64,000 nucleotides of DNA from Eledone cirrhosa (Eukaryota), in the NCBI GenBank assembly GCA_964016885.1, contig OZ024742.1, forward strand, positions 315,084,001 through 315,148,000, given 5' to 3'. The position numbers and the translations under genes were made by a program. The first letter of the stretch is position 1; each line of letters starts with the position of its first letter. Positions 27,226 to 41,120 of this stretch are shown in pieces. The notes under the pieces were generated by a model, which saw nothing but the letters and a program-made list of their open reading frames with translations, ran no database searches and had not been told where the DNA came from.

Positions 27226-27670
27226 TCTATATATAAATTTGAGCGACCTCCGTCCGTCACACAGTGTGTGTGTTTGTGTGAATGTATGTGTGTATGTAAA
27301 TGGAAGGAAGGGGAGGGTGAAAGAACTATAACAAAACAGCTGCTGTTGTTCCATTTGCTATGCTGTGTGTGATTGTATGCGTATGTGTGTGTTTGTGTAA
27401 ATGTATGTGTGTGTATTTGTGTGAAAGTATGTGTGTGTTTATGTGAATGTATGTGTGTGTATTTGTGTGAATGTGTGTATGTGTTTGTGTGAATGTATGT
27501 GTGTGTTTCTAAGAATAGATGTGTATTTGTGTGAATGTATGTCTGTGAGTATCTATTTTTTGCGCGTTTACATTTATATACTCATTCATATAAATGTATG
27601 CATATGCACACACACACACACGCACACACATACACACATACGCGTCAATGTGTTGAAAAAAAAATCCTAG
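27226..27670 (+). mobile_element. Short Helitron-like element carrying a TG-rich minisatellite
   Basis: A|TCTATATATAAATTTG...CGCGTCAATGTGTTGA..CTAG|T; both ends shared with 41695-41814. Confidence 0.7.
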
Positions 27671-27804
27671 TTATATAAAATACTTCACTCCTTTAATATA
27701 TACGTTTCCAGCAAAATTTCTGCTACATTTGAACACAAGCCTAATATTCTTGTAACGAATAGAAGAAACATATTGCACAAATTTATAGAGATTGTTCCTG
27801 CCTT

Positions 27805-27905
27805 CTCAGCCCTTCCTCATACCTGAGGGTCGGAGGTCATGGACTAATGAACCAGCACTCTCCATCTTCTCCTGTCTCTTGCCCCTGCCGTGCATTCCGC
27901 TTTTA
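27805..27905 (-). mobile_element. Short RTE-like 3' end
   Basis: AECTAGARDRRRWRVLV. Confidence 0.55.
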
Positions 27906-28766
27906 TGTTACATATAGAGGTTATGTACATATAGAGGTTAACTACTAGAAATGTGAATGTTTCGCCTTGATTTTCTTCCAGAATCAAGGAGAAGGGGAAT
28001 ATTTGCGACTCCTCTGATAATGCCATCTGTAAGTAGTAAGGTAAAATTATGCAAGATTTTGATATTCTTCAAGAGTCCAACGCTGCTATCTTCCAAATAT
28101 TAGATCTAGAGATTTGATTCTTTGTTACAAATCATTTCCTTCTTTATAGAAGGCATTTGAATAATTGAAACGTAAAACGATAGCCATATATAAAAGACTG
28201 TATGCATGCATGCATTGATACATAAGTAGATGTATACTCCAACAAAAGGCTACATATATGTGCATTGTCAATTCACCCATAATCATAAAATCCTCTAACT
28301 GACTTCATTCGAACAAAGAAACTTGGGATTCTGTGAAGAAATAAATACATCTCAATAGAAAGGCATGCGTGAGTGTATATGTGTGCATGCAAGTATTTTC
28401 ATATACGTACTAGTGTAAGAGTATTTTTTTCTATTGCGTGAGGTCACTAATAATAGCCTAACATTTTCTATTCAGTCGATCTGTGCAAATAAGAAAGAAT
28501 GGGATATTTCCACTATTCACCTATTGTTGTACATTTATGTATATTCACAAACGCAATACATTGCTTACTTTTATTCTTATTGATATAATTCCAAAACACG
28601 TGTTTGTCATATTTAAGATTTTTTTAGAAAATTTCAGAGCCTTCTAACATTGAAAAAATATTTTTCATAAAAATGTTATCAAAATATACAATAACTCAGT
28701 AAAACCCTATTTCACTACCATGTTCCGTTATTATACCATTATAGATGTTCTTTCACATATATGTAA

Positions 28767-28858
<92 letters not shown>

Positions 28859-29759
28859 ATACACACATACACACGCACGCACACATTTTCACAAATGCGT
28901 ATGTGTACTGTATTCATGAAATTACCTCGTAGCTATGTCAGAATTGTACTAATGATATAATTTTCTCTTTTCCAGTAATTTTATAATTAATTTTGAAATA
29001 CGTGTTGTTCTCGCATCTGTTTATTGCATGTGTAGCATGTTCTTTGCTGTAAGCTGTCTACTCAGAATGAGATGTAAATTAAGCTCTGTATTTACCTCTA
29101 AATGTTGCATATGTTTACATATTATCTGGAATTGTACACCCTAAAACTAATGACGATCAAATCAATAAACAACATTTTTTTATACGCTTCTTTTAACAAA
29201 ATGGAAATTATAGATGGTACAGGGATGGAACAGAAATCAAACGCCGTCAAACTATTTTGTCTCAGAAACATTAAAAATATGTACATAAGAGAAATTATTC
29301 ATCAATATAATATATTTATGAATTAGTTTAAGGAAAGCAATTGAACTTCAGTTAATAATTATGTTATGAACTTCAGTTAATGATTATTAAAATAGATTGA
29401 AATATTATTTGGGATATTTTACTCTTTGTCATCTTAGTTTATTGAACAGTGTTAATACCAGAAACACTTCAGTTTGAAGTACAAACTGAGGCTAACAGCA
29501 TACAATGCACAACTAAATTGTAGTTATATTGATCAACTTATGTCGCCTTTGGTGGCTGTGTTCTTCTATTAGATATCAAGTATAGCAGCCGTAAATTTCA
29601 TCCCGCCATCTATTACCGTCCTTGCCAGACCATGAATATCTATATAACATCATTCCTTCTAACGAAGGTTCCTCGGCCCACAAATATTTATTGACCACTA
29701 CACCTTAAATCCAATCCTCTACACGTCTTTACCACTCTCTAAAGTAAACTATCAGAATA

Positions 29760-30030
29760 GATTTGAGTGTCAAGATGGATCCCAATTATACAAATATGCT
29801 CGTTAATCACGTCGAAACCATCCGGTTTACCGATAAATAAGGCTGTTAAATCATTGAGAAATTTCCATATCCTTCGTCAACAATTTACACCCACACAACA
29901 ATTCAAGTTCAACATATCTAATACTTTTTCCAACTTCCTAGATATCTCTGTCAATATCTTTCTTATCTCCGCATTGGTCTACTAGAAACCCACGGACCCT
30001 TCCAGCTAATTTGCATCTAGCTCGCATCAA
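29760..30030 (+). pseudogene. Highly degenerate PLE RT fragment
   Basis: Frameshifted remnants KMDPNYTNMLVNHVET, SFVNNLHP, NFLDISV, VY*KPTD resemble the 49082-49440 fragment. Confidence 0.6.
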
Positions 30031-30619
30031 ATCTGCATTAATCCTCTCTTCAGGTGTGTATGAAAATGTCATATATGAGTGAAAATATTGTTCCAACTCG
30101 CGAACCTAGAATAAAACATAAAGTAAAATTATGCAATGTATTTGTATAGGGAAATCAAATTATGATCCATCATTATGCAAGCAAGTATGTACGCAACAGT
30201 ATAAAAATTATATGATTCTTACATTTGTATATATTTGACATTTTGTACGTAAACAAAAAACACTAAAATTACATTCTTTTAGATTTTAAGTAGATCAGTT
30301 GTTGTTATTTTTCTTCTGGGTTAACATTTTAATATGAATTCTCTTTGTTTCGATACAAGATTATTATTCGCAGTAGAAAATTTATTTTCTCTCTTAACAA
30401 TTTTATTATAGAAAGCACTTCGAAATTCTTTACTTTCCATTCATATAAAAGTAATAATGTTTTTTTTTTGTTTGTTTTTTTAAACACATATATATATATA
30501 TACTTATTGAAAATGTAGTTCGAAGTTTGGTTGTTATAAATTTATATTATTTTTCTCAGATGTAGAAAAAAACATACAATAATTGAGTAACAGTTTCTTG
30601 AAGTGTTCTATATATTTAG

Positions 30620-31185
30620 CTAGCAGCACCTGGCCTTACTCAGGTGCTAAGGAGCAGAGAAACAAGAATGGAGGCATTACTGTTTAATAGAATACGATTG
30701 GTTTTCTCGGGCCTTATGCATTGTGCTACAGATGTACATTAATTATGAAGAGTAAATTTAATAATTTAATTATAGACATGAAGACGTGGCTTATGGCTAC
30801 TTCATGTATGAATTAAGTTACATACTTAAATGGATACGAAAATAGTTTTATTTCATCTGAAACTATCATAATTTTCTTTTATTGCACATAATTTTCTTTT
30901 ATTCTTGCAGCCCATTATTTCCTAAGATAACTTTAATAATGTATGGAAATCATTTGTATGGAAATCATTTTTCCATGGAAAGTAAACCGTTCTTAAAATG
31001 CCAGAAAGAATCCCCAACCAGCCATATATGTATTGAAACTGACTGGAGTGTATACGATACGTGTTGACTGGAGTGTATCCTATACACTTTTACAATATCA
31101 CTGCCAAACTTAATGTCAGGTTTGCCTTCAACAGTTGCACCTTGCCTTCTTCATCTCGAATGTATATTATCCCATATATAATAAG
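30620..31185 (-). mobile_element. Possible Helitron-like element
   Basis: Minus-strand 3' hairpin GCACCTG..CAGGTGC followed by CTAG; 5' end uncertain. Confidence 0.4.
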
Positions 31186-31621
31186 GCGGAACCGAATGTT
31201 CAAAAATGTATTGCAAAATGATCATACTCTCACAATTTGAAAAAGGCTGTAAAATGTCTGCCTGTTGTTATTGTTGATGTGAAATTATTGTCGGAGTGAA
31301 ACTTTAGTGATCATAATCCAAGTGAAACACTAAGTTATTGATGGACGAATTATATTTAATGACTATTCTGGGGCAAAAGTGCACCAGAGAGCCTCATTAC
31401 TGCTGGTGTATTTTATCTGTTATAACTGAATATTTTCATCATCAATGTTTTCCTGCACCAGACCCATTTGTATGCCTCAATACACGTATTTCTGTATTTA
31501 TACCGATATTGAATTTTCTACAAACTGAAAATGTTATTTTCTCAATCCTTATATGGTTTGTTTACACACACACACACACACACACACTCAAACAAATATA
31601 TATATATATATATATACATTG

Positions 31622-31740
31622 GCAGAACACTGGTGGGTTATATCCGCAGTAGTAGAGCATTAAGTCCATGGAAAGAGTTTGGTAGAAGTAGTTCCACAAC
31701 AGTTAGTATACCATTTTGGAGAACAATTTGTTTCACATCA
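31622..31740 (-). mobile_element. Family D truncated copy
   Basis: Aligns with 5545-5660; retains GAAACAAATTGTT-CTCC half-hammerhead. Confidence 0.72.
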
Positions 31741-32051
31741 ATATATATATGCAAACAATATAAGAGGATCGAGAAAATATCACCTACATATATATATATA
31801 TCTGTGTGTGTGTGTGTGTGTGATATCAGTCTTACATTAACAAAATAATATATAAATAACATATGGAAACCTGGAGATATAAAATAAGGTGACATTTACT
31901 AAATAAAGACTTCCTTTATATTATTAGACTACGCTTTTAATTTCATTACACTATTTCTTTTCTCCTAAATGATATTTCTACCAATTGTTTTCTTAATTCT
32001 TTCCCCCAAATAAAATAGGCGCGCATGTATGTGTGTTTGTATTTGTGTGTG

Positions 32052-32143
<92 letters not shown>

Positions 32144-32599
32144 TGCGTGTGTGTTTATGTGCGAGAGCTTTAGCAGTTGTTTCTCGATGTTCGAAAAAAT
32201 AATGTTAGATATTTCTATATATATACCATTCTTTGCCAATATAAAAGAACTAGATGGCACTCCATCAGTATGTCTCTAAAGAACAGAAAAGATACGTGTT
32301 ACATGATTGTACCAAAGTATATAATAATTAAGAGAAAAGAAAATTTAAAGCTTAAAACATTAAATCCAGTGAATTATTTCCCATGGGATATTTTGTAAAA
32401 GATTGGTACAATTTCTGACTGTCTATATATAAATTAGTTAACTACAGTCGTTACTGCCAATCGAGTATGACTTCGTAGCATACACCATGCTTTCCCTATG
32501 GGTTTCTGCGCCCATACAGACCTGAGCAGATATAGAGATCCTTTTGTCCTCGCTTCCCTTGATCTAGCGAACCATCCAGATGTGATAACTGGAAAGAAG

Positions 32600-33078
32600 G
32601 AACGTTGAACCACCACTGGGTTTGTACTTTCTTTATCGATCCCGAAAGGATAAAAAGCACTCTGGAACCCGATGGAATTGAACTCACAATGTAGAGATCC
32701 AAAATAAATATCCACTACTTTAACGACTCTGCCAAACATTTACTTATCTATTATTTGTATGTATGGTCATGTAATTCCTGGGGAATCTTTTTTTTGGGGG
32801 GGGGGGCGTACTGAGACACGGCGTTTCTTGGACATTTTAAGCCTGGCGGAGCCCATCTCTCTCCAGACCTGAGTACAGCAGAATTATTCCAAGATATAAG
32901 AGAGAGAGATAGAGGAAATATCGACCCCAGTACTTGACAGGAATCTTTTTTATCGATATCAGAAGAATGAAAGGCAAAGTTGACCTCGGCGGGATTGGAA
33001 CTCCGAGAGTAGAAAACCAGAACGAATACCATAAAGCATTCTATCCGACGTTCTAACGACTCTGTCAATTTGCTGCCT
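32600..33078 (-). mobile_element. Two older related SINE copies (~32600-32740, ~32910-33078)
   Basis: Diverged Deu/Nin-like core and tRNA head. Confidence 0.7.
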
Positions 33079-33289
33079 ATCGTAAATTACATTTATGATG
33101 AAATTTCGGAATTGTATTGATCTGCTTGCATTTGCATCTCCCTTTATAAAAATTTCTATATTTCTTCTCTATAATAGGATTAAATAGATGTCTGTTATTT
33201 ACTGATGTCACTGGTTACAACAATTTCATTTAAAATTAGAAATATGAAAACCATTAAGATGAACATGGACTTCCCTATATTCTTCAGAG

Positions 33290-33478
33290 TCAGGTTCGAT
33301 TATCACATCGATCGTGCCTCGAGCTGGTCGCCAGAGTAACGATTGCAATATGTCCAATAAATTCCATTCGTCACAACACTGATTCTCTTTTTATTGTGCT
33401 ATCATACTCTGCTCTATGAGAGCATCGAGTGCTCAAAGGGCCTACCGCATACGAACGCTTTAAGCATCCAACACCAAT
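33290..33478 (+). mobile_element. Family C degenerate copy
   Basis: ATCGTGCCTCGAGC..CAATAAATT..CACTGATT..TACTCTGCTCTATGAGAGCATCGAGTGCTC matches 57356-57478. Confidence 0.7.
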
Positions 33479-33496
33479 TATATATATATATATAGG

Positions 33497-33795
33497 TATA
33501 AGGTCGGTAAAATTCCCGAGATCCATGGACAAGTTCTCTCCAGCGGTCTCTGTCCTTCATAATCGCTACTATGCCCTGTGTCTCCCAGAGACCAGTGTCT
33601 GCCCTTAGGGCATCAATATATATCAACCTCGGTCTCCTTCTTTTAGTGTGTCCATGTAGGGTCTCCCACAGGAGCACTGAGTGCAGTGTCAACCCTCAAT
33701 GTCAGTGAGCATGCCCAGCTAACCTCAGTCTCCTCTGTGTTACTTTCGAGCTGACTTTTGAGAGGCTCCCGTACAGCTCTGAGTTCTTCATCCTC
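33497..33795 (-). mobile_element. RTE-like LINE 3' fragment
   Basis: [45 protein letters not shown]; TA tracts at both ends. Confidence 0.82.
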
Positions 33796-33806
33796 AGTGT
33801 ATACTG

Positions 33807-33840
<34 letters not shown>

Positions 33841-33867
33841 GTGTGTGTGTATGTGTGTGTGTGTACA

Positions 33868-33939
<72 letters not shown>

Positions 33940-33949
33940 TATATATATA

Positions 33950-34835
33950 CAGGCTGCGGACGATATTTGTTCGCAATTTTCAACTGCTAATTTTATTTAA
34001 AAAATGTTTTTACTTCCGTTGTCACTCTTGTCTTCATAAAAACAGTGACTATATTTCCATTATTTATTTTCCGAATAATTGATTATGAATAATTTTGAAC
34101 CTCCAATTTTGTGGAAGAAACACAGAGTTCTTCTTGGGATCCGCACCGGGAGGACAAATAAGGACCAGAAGATCAACTCCCAGAACAACAGCTTGCTCGC
34201 TGTCTCATCCAAAGACGTGCCCAGAGTCATGCAGACAAAGTTTCCAGCGACAACATTGGTCTTAGGTGTCGTCAGCAGTCAATGTGATGTCATGCCACCT
34301 CACTTCTTCCCTGAGGGCCTCAAGCTGAACACCGATGGCTACATCCGCGTTCTGGGCGAGGTAGTAAAGCCCTGGATCGACCAGGTAGCTGCAGGTAGGC
34401 CGTACGTGTGGCAGCAAGACTCAGCGCCCTGCCATACCAGCCGAAAGACCCAAGCCTGGCTGTCAGAGAACTTCGTTGACCACACTTCACCTGGCCTTCC
34501 AGCTCACCTAACTGCAACCCCCTCGACTTCGTTGTGTGGGGCGCAGTGGAACGAGAGACCAACAGATCTAGCTTTAATACGAAAGACGATCTAAAGGCCA
34601 GGATCACAAGTACCTTTAGGTGCCTAAGTCGGGGGACAATGACGAAGGCCTGTAGCCGGTTCCGAGGCCGCCTTGAGGCCGTCATCAAAGCCAATGGCGG
34701 GTTTATCGAGTGAGATCGAAAGAACAAGTCATGAAGACAAACTGATCCAAGTTTGATAAATATATCTTAAAAAATAAAACTACTGTTACTTTTTCCTAGA
34801 CAGTAATCTTGCGAACAAATATCGTCCGCACCCTG
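33950..34835 (+). mobile_element. Internally deleted Tc1/mariner transposon, DD37D (maT)-like
   Basis: 27-bp TIRs CAGGSTGCGGACGATATTTGTTCGCAA with flanking TA; transposase C-half WQQDSAPCH...WPSSSPNCNPLDFVVWG...RFRGRLEAVIKANGGFIE with a frameshift near 34490. Confidence 0.92.
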
Positions 34836-34841
34836 TATATA

Positions 34842-34898
<57 letters not shown>

Positions 34899-35377
34899 CT
34901 GTGTGTGTGTATGTGTGTGTCTTTTAGCAAAATTTGATAAAGATTTCATTCGTTTGACATTTTAGAAATACATATTCAAATTCACGTCTATTCCATACAT
35001 GAATACATACATATTCAAGTCTCTACGATAGTTTTCAGAATCATTACCACGATTACAAAAATGCTTTAAAAACATTACACACATACACACATACACACAT
35101 ACACACATACACACGCCGACTGTTACCGATATCCACACACAAACACCTCTCAATCCATTGGATTCTTTTGTGCCGTTTTATCTTTTCTATAAGTTTCATT
35201 ATATTCCTATTACCTGTTCATGTCCTGCGTCTATTACACTTTTTCCAGTTACAAGCTTTCCTCATTTAAGCAATGTATCATGTAATAAGTTTTACATGAT
35301 TTAAATTACTTACAAATCTAATAGAACTGATTACCTAGGAGGGAAAATTTTAGTTTCTATCTCCATTATTTTATTTC

Positions 35378-35428
<51 letters not shown>

Positions 35429-35429
<1 letters not shown>

Positions 35430-35725
35430 TTGCGCGTTATCACTGCATTACCGAGCGCAGTTCTGGGCGACTTGGGTATGTGCAGTGGGGTTTTTCGTGG
35501 TGTATTTTCTATTATATTGAGAGTACTCTTCATAATATGTGTGCGGTACCTAGTAGTGCTATTTTTTGTATGTTGTATATATTTGTAAGTCCTGGAGTTT
35601 TGGTTATGTATCTGTCTGTGTGCTTTTTATCATTCCCAGAGCACCTATTATTATAGGTATTGTTTCTGTCTCCAACATCTACTTTCGGGTTATTTCTATC
35701 TTTATATTTTGATAGTTTCTCCATT
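35429..35725 (-). mobile_element. R4/Dong-like 3' end inserted in a (TAA)n tract
   Basis: EKLSKYKD..TIPIIIGALGMIK..IQKIALLGTAHIL, short 3' UTR, (TAA)n on both sides (35379-35428, 35729-35743). Confidence 0.8.
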
Positions 35726-36342
35726 GCCATTATTATTATTATTGGTTTTGCCATTGCGCACTTTTACTCGAGCTTATTGTAAACCCCCACTGTCCCTGTC
35801 TTTGTATTGTCCCCTACATGTCGGCCCTTGTGGCCAATAAATATGCCAATTTTTATTGTTGTTGTTATTATTATTATCATTATTATTACTGTTATTATTG
35901 TTATCATTATTATTATTGTTATTATTATTATTACTATCATCATTATCATCATCATTTTGGCATTCATTCGTCGAAGGGACGTGGCTACTTTATGTGTTTT
36001 TCGCCCCATTCATACTCTGTGTTTTCAACATAGATAATTAAATCTAGAATCCAAACCGAGTGTAAATTGCAGCATTATTAAATCACAACACTGTCCTTTT
36101 ACACTCGATGCCAAACCAATTATACTTTCTCTTTGAAACATTGCTTTTTTTTTTTACATTCAAATCTTGCTTGAATGTATCTATGGATAATTTCTACGCA
36201 CGTATTAAATTGTGCTTTTACTTTTTATTTCTTCATTTCTTCCAGCTTCCCCTTCATTTTCATGGTTTTTATATTCTACAACTAGTAATGGTAGTGACGG
36301 TGGTGGTGGTGGTGGTGGTGGTGGTGGTGCTATTGTTAGAGC

Positions 36343-36543
36343 GGTGCATTGGCAGTGTCGTTAGAGCGTTGGACATTATGCATTGCGTCCCTTTACATTC
36401 TGTGTTCAAATCCCGCCGAGGTTAACTTTGCCTTTCATCCTTACGGAGTCGATAAAATAAAGTACCTGTAATATACTGTACGATTTAATCAACTTTCCCC
36501 TCCCCCGAAAATTGGGGCTCGGTGCCTAAACCAGAAACCATTA
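36343..36543 (+). mobile_element. Related SINE (longer subfamily)
   Basis: Head, core, and CCCCTCCCCCGAAAATT..GTGCCTAAA tail. Confidence 0.85.
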
Positions 36544-36604
36544 TCATTGGTGGTGTTGTTGTTGATGTTATTGTTGTTGTTAGTGTTGTTAATAGTAGTA
36601 GTAA

Positions 36605-36663
<59 letters not shown>

Positions 36664-37320
36664 ATTGTTGTTGTTGTTTCTATGATATCAGTTACTACGT
36701 TTGTCTTATTTTATTCTTATCTAAATTGTTCAGTGTCACCATCTGCACTCTGTATTGGCTCAGATAATATAAGCCATTCTGTGTCTCAGATAGAGGATTT
36801 GGGATTACATATACTTCCATGCTCTTCAGTGTAGACTTCTTCGTTCTGCGATGATTAAACGCAGCTTGAACGTTGCTGACATTACATTGCAACTGGACGG
36901 CATCAAAATCTTCTTTAGAGATGAATATCTAGAAGATGAAAATCTAGGAAGTGACACGCAGTGATAGTCTTTTCAGTGCTAATCTGGTAAAATCCCATTA
37001 TACTCGGGTTGCAATGCCTGACAGATTTAAGCTTGCCGGCTGACAATATAGCGGGTGATTTAAGGTAGGTTTATATTTGAACCCAAAGCGATAGAAACAC
37101 CTGGCGTCCTGAGTTACTAAACCGCCTCCCTACACATTTCGATCGGGCTGAAGGTGGCCATCAACAAAAACAAATTTCGGGAGTTGGATTATCTCTTTCA
37201 AAACGTCTCTAACCAATACCTAACCCTAACACGTTCTTTCCGTCCAGATGATTACATCCCACTGTTCAACAGTTCTATATACCGATTCTAGTTATCAATG
37301 AGTACCCCTCTCTCTCTTTC

Positions 37321-37355
<35 letters not shown>

Positions 37356-37879
37356 CTCTCAGTGCGAGCGCGTGTGTGTGCGTGTTAATTATAAATCTAC
37401 AAGCAAAATCGGGATAAACAATATTGTTGATAGTTGAAGTACATATCTTTTGTAAAGGAAAGGTAATGAAAGGCCTTACGTATTCAATTCTGTAAAACTG
37501 TAGAGAACACATTATATAGTGTTGGAATTAACAATTGCACAAAAAAACATGTTTCACAAAATTAAGTGAATCAAATAGCGAAATACTACAATCACCTAAA
37601 GGTAAGCCTTGAAACATTTCAGTAAATAAGAAGCTTTTCAGTAAATTCTAAGCTTTGATGTGTTAGATTTTTATGAACCAGAAATGGAGTTTGCTAAGTT
37701 CTAGTAATTTACAGATATATTTTAATCTACATAATAATTCTTGATACATATCTACATACGTGAAACAAAAACATCTTTATTTCACATTGCTCTGGTACAC
37801 TCAACAAGAAAAAGTAAAATTATGCGTGTAATTCAAAGAAGTAGCTTATCACACATTGTGTCATGCTGAATTTCCGTGA

Positions 37880-38243
37880 TAATTATTGTGTCTAATGTTG
37901 ACACAAGGCCAGCAATTACCCTCAGTGCATTACTGGTGTCTATTTTATCGATCCCGTAAGGATAAAAGGCAAAGTTAACGTCGGCGGGATTTGAACCCAG
38001 AACGCAAAGGACCATAACTCTATGCTCCAAAGCATGGTTTCTGACGCTCTATTAATAATTGTTTCTACTTTGGACAAAAGGCCAGCAATTATCTCAGTGC
38101 ATTACTGGTACTTTATTTTATCGACCCCCGTAAGGATGAAAGGCAAAGTTAGCCTCGGTGGGATTTGAACTCAGACCATAAAGGGACGTAGCTATGCTGC
38201 AAAGCATGGTGTCAGACCCTCTAGCGATATACTGCCAATCCAC
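37880..38243 (-). mobile_element. Tandem pair of SINE copies
   Basis: 37880-38050 and 38056-38243. Confidence 0.88.
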
Positions 38244-38640
38244 AATAATGCCAATCCACCATGTTAAGATTACACGTTCTTTGAAACGCTCAGCCACTTG
38301 CCCGTTAACTTCACGTACAGGCTCTTCCGTTGATAAAACCATTGAAACATTCGTCCTCGTTTTTCTGGAAAGCTTCAACACTGACATCTAGCAGGATAGC
38401 TGTAAAGTTACTGATATCAAAAAAATGTTTCCATAATGTTTTGCTTATACTGAATCTATACTAGTCTTTTTCTCTTTCGATTACTAACTTTTTCTATTTT
38501 GTGCATATGCAATGTTAAAATGGAAGGGGTTTCCTACCTTCACATATTCTTTATGACAGTATTGGTGACAGCTGTACTCCAGAGAATAGAACGTAATGTT
38601 TAGAATGTCACATTAAAAGGAATGACAATATATGGTTATA

Positions 38641-39125
38641 CGAGGGTTGGCTGAAACGTTCATAGGCTGACCAAGATACCCTCATGGAATGTGACCAAAT
38701 GAGGTTATTTTTCAGCAGAGTCCCCCTTTGCGGCCCTCATACTTCTTCCATCGGTGTTGCATTGCGTGGGTCCCATTGGGGGAAAAGCTTTCATTCTGTT
38801 GGACAAAAAAGTCAGCAACAGCAGATATAACGTCATTAATATTGCTATACTCGTTCCCAGTCAAGTTTTTTTTTTCGTTTTGAGGAAAAAATGATAGTCA
38901 AATGGAGCCATATCAGGAGAACATGGAGGGTGGTCGACCAATTAAAAGCCACAGTCACACACAGCAGCCATTGAAACAAACGACCTGTGAGCTGGGCATT
39001 GTCCTGGTGAAAGAAGATCCCTTTCATCAGTTTTCCTGGGCGCTTGGTTTTGATAGCGTTTCGAAACTGCCTCAGCAGGTTGGCATAGTACTCTCCGTTT
39101 ATTGCGTGGCCCTTCTGAAGATAGT
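38641..39125 (-). mobile_element. Mariner (DD34D) transposon 3' fragment
   Basis: GIFFHQDNA and LVDHPPCSPDMAPFDYHFF motifs; terminus TA|CGAGGGTTGGCTGAAA. Confidence 0.85.
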
Positions 39126-39225
39126 GTCTATTACTTCTTATTTTATAATTTGTTATATTTATATATATATATATATATTATTTTATATTAAGGCTAAAAA
39201 GGGTTATTTTTCGCATATGTATTAC

Positions 39226-39280
39226 AGGGTCATCTGATGAACTTGTGATATACAGACGAAACACCAGAGTAACAAGACTC
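39226..39280 (+). ncRNA. Hammerhead ribozyme motif, partly degraded
   Basis: CTGATGA(39234)-ACTTGT-GATAT-ACAGAC-GAAAC-ACCAGA-GTA^ACAAGACTC; lies in a short inverted-repeat element between TA tracts. Confidence 0.6.
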
Positions 39281-39352
39281 ACCTTTTAGCCTTAATATAT
39301 ATTAAAACTCTACTTCAGTATTTAGTACTCCTTTTTCCGTCAACCACATACG

Positions 39353-39393
<41 letters not shown>

Positions 39394-39399
39394 CGACAG

Positions 39400-39576
39400 T
39401 CGATCGACTTTCGTCAAATCGGACCGAGGAAACAATGTTTCCATTGGTCTTTCCAATTGCTAATGCTATCTATCGGTCGCAACTCCGGGTAGAAGGAGCA
39501 ACGTGAAATAAAGTGTCTTTCTCCGGGAATCGAACTCTCAACCTCACAATTGGGAATCTAATTCTCCAACCACTCA
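39400..39576 (-). mobile_element. CORE-like SINE variant
   Basis: Near-identical to 5708-5890. Confidence 0.75.
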
Positions 39577-41120
39577 TATAACAGTTATCGAACAATATCT
39601 GGGCTTGGGTTTTGACTATTATTCAAAAATAAGCTCTACTCGTAGCTAACCCACTGGAGAGATTGTGAAAAGCATTCCCCCCAAATAAACAGAATCGGAT
39701 AAGTTAACTAATGGTAACGGACCTGCGCATTATACATCTAGCAATTGATTCTACGGTGGTGACGATATGTCATAGACGATATGTCATGGAAGATTGTAGA
39801 AATTTTTGTTTATATTTCTTTTTGTAATTTGCTAAGCTTTTAAATGCGTTGATTTAAAATCGAGTTGTTATTTTTACTTGTTTTTATTTGGCACTGCAGT
39901 CTTGCGGAATAATCTAGATTTGTTGTTAAATATATTTTGTTTAAGAAATGGACATTAGAAAATTCATGGAAGTGAAAACAAATAACTAAATGAGAAATGA
40001 ACCTGAACAACTATTGAAAAATAAATTTGCTTAGTGCACTAGAAGAACCATTGCGGTCTGATGATTTTTATTGGGAATAAGCCAAATATTTAGACATTTT
40101 ATTTACACCTGGTTAATCATGCCTCAAAAAAATCAAATATCCGGTACGACGTAACATTTTCAGTTTTTAGAGTATTCTTTATTAAAGATTAACGAGGTAA
40201 TTTATCAAACAAGATATAATAAAGCTAGTAAACTTTGGCAAATCATATGCATGTTGTTGAACTGTGGTCTAACTGTGAGACATCTATATTGTTTTGATTT
40301 TTTGTTTTGTTTTGTTTTGGGGGTTTTTTTCTTGTTTTATTTTACTTTGAAATTTATGTTACATATAAAATCAAAATTAATTTAATATCTAGACATGAAA
40401 GTGTGAATTTCTGTTGGAATAATATGATGCAAAGACGTCCGTGACATTATAAAGTCATTAGTGATAGAGCGGAAAGTGAACAGTTCCAAATAAGACTTAT
40501 CGGACTGTAAAAGAAAAATAAAATCAAATGCAAGATTAGTTGAAGATTAATGAGAAGATATTTGATACGGGTGAAAATTTGACGATATAATATTTTCGCC
40601 TTTTATAAAGGTATTAGATAAAAAGACGAACGGATAAAAGCTTAACCTGGAATTGAAAACGGTTAGTGAACTCAGAATGGTATTGGATTTCTAAAGATAA
40701 ATCTCTGAATGCATGGGAAAACATCGTATAGCAGATTACATATCTATATACCACCCACACATAAACATAAGTACACAAATATGCGTTGTTGCATTCGTGT
40801 GGAGAGGGGAAGCAATGTGGTGTTCACAGATATTTTGTCTAAAAGAAATGGAAAAAGAAGTTATTGAAATAAATAGATTGGGAAATAGATACACACAGAA
40901 TGTAGGGACAGAAAAAGTAACTAGTGACCTTATGGATGGTATTATAAATACACTCAAATACATAATAAAAACCACTGCATAGAAAATATCACTACTTGTG
41001 AATACTTTCAATTCAATAGAATAGACGAAACAAAATCAAAACATTATCTTACCCAAAGCACGCAGGGCTACACTCTACGGTGTAGTGATAACACGATAAA
41101 AATAAGAACAAAGACATATA

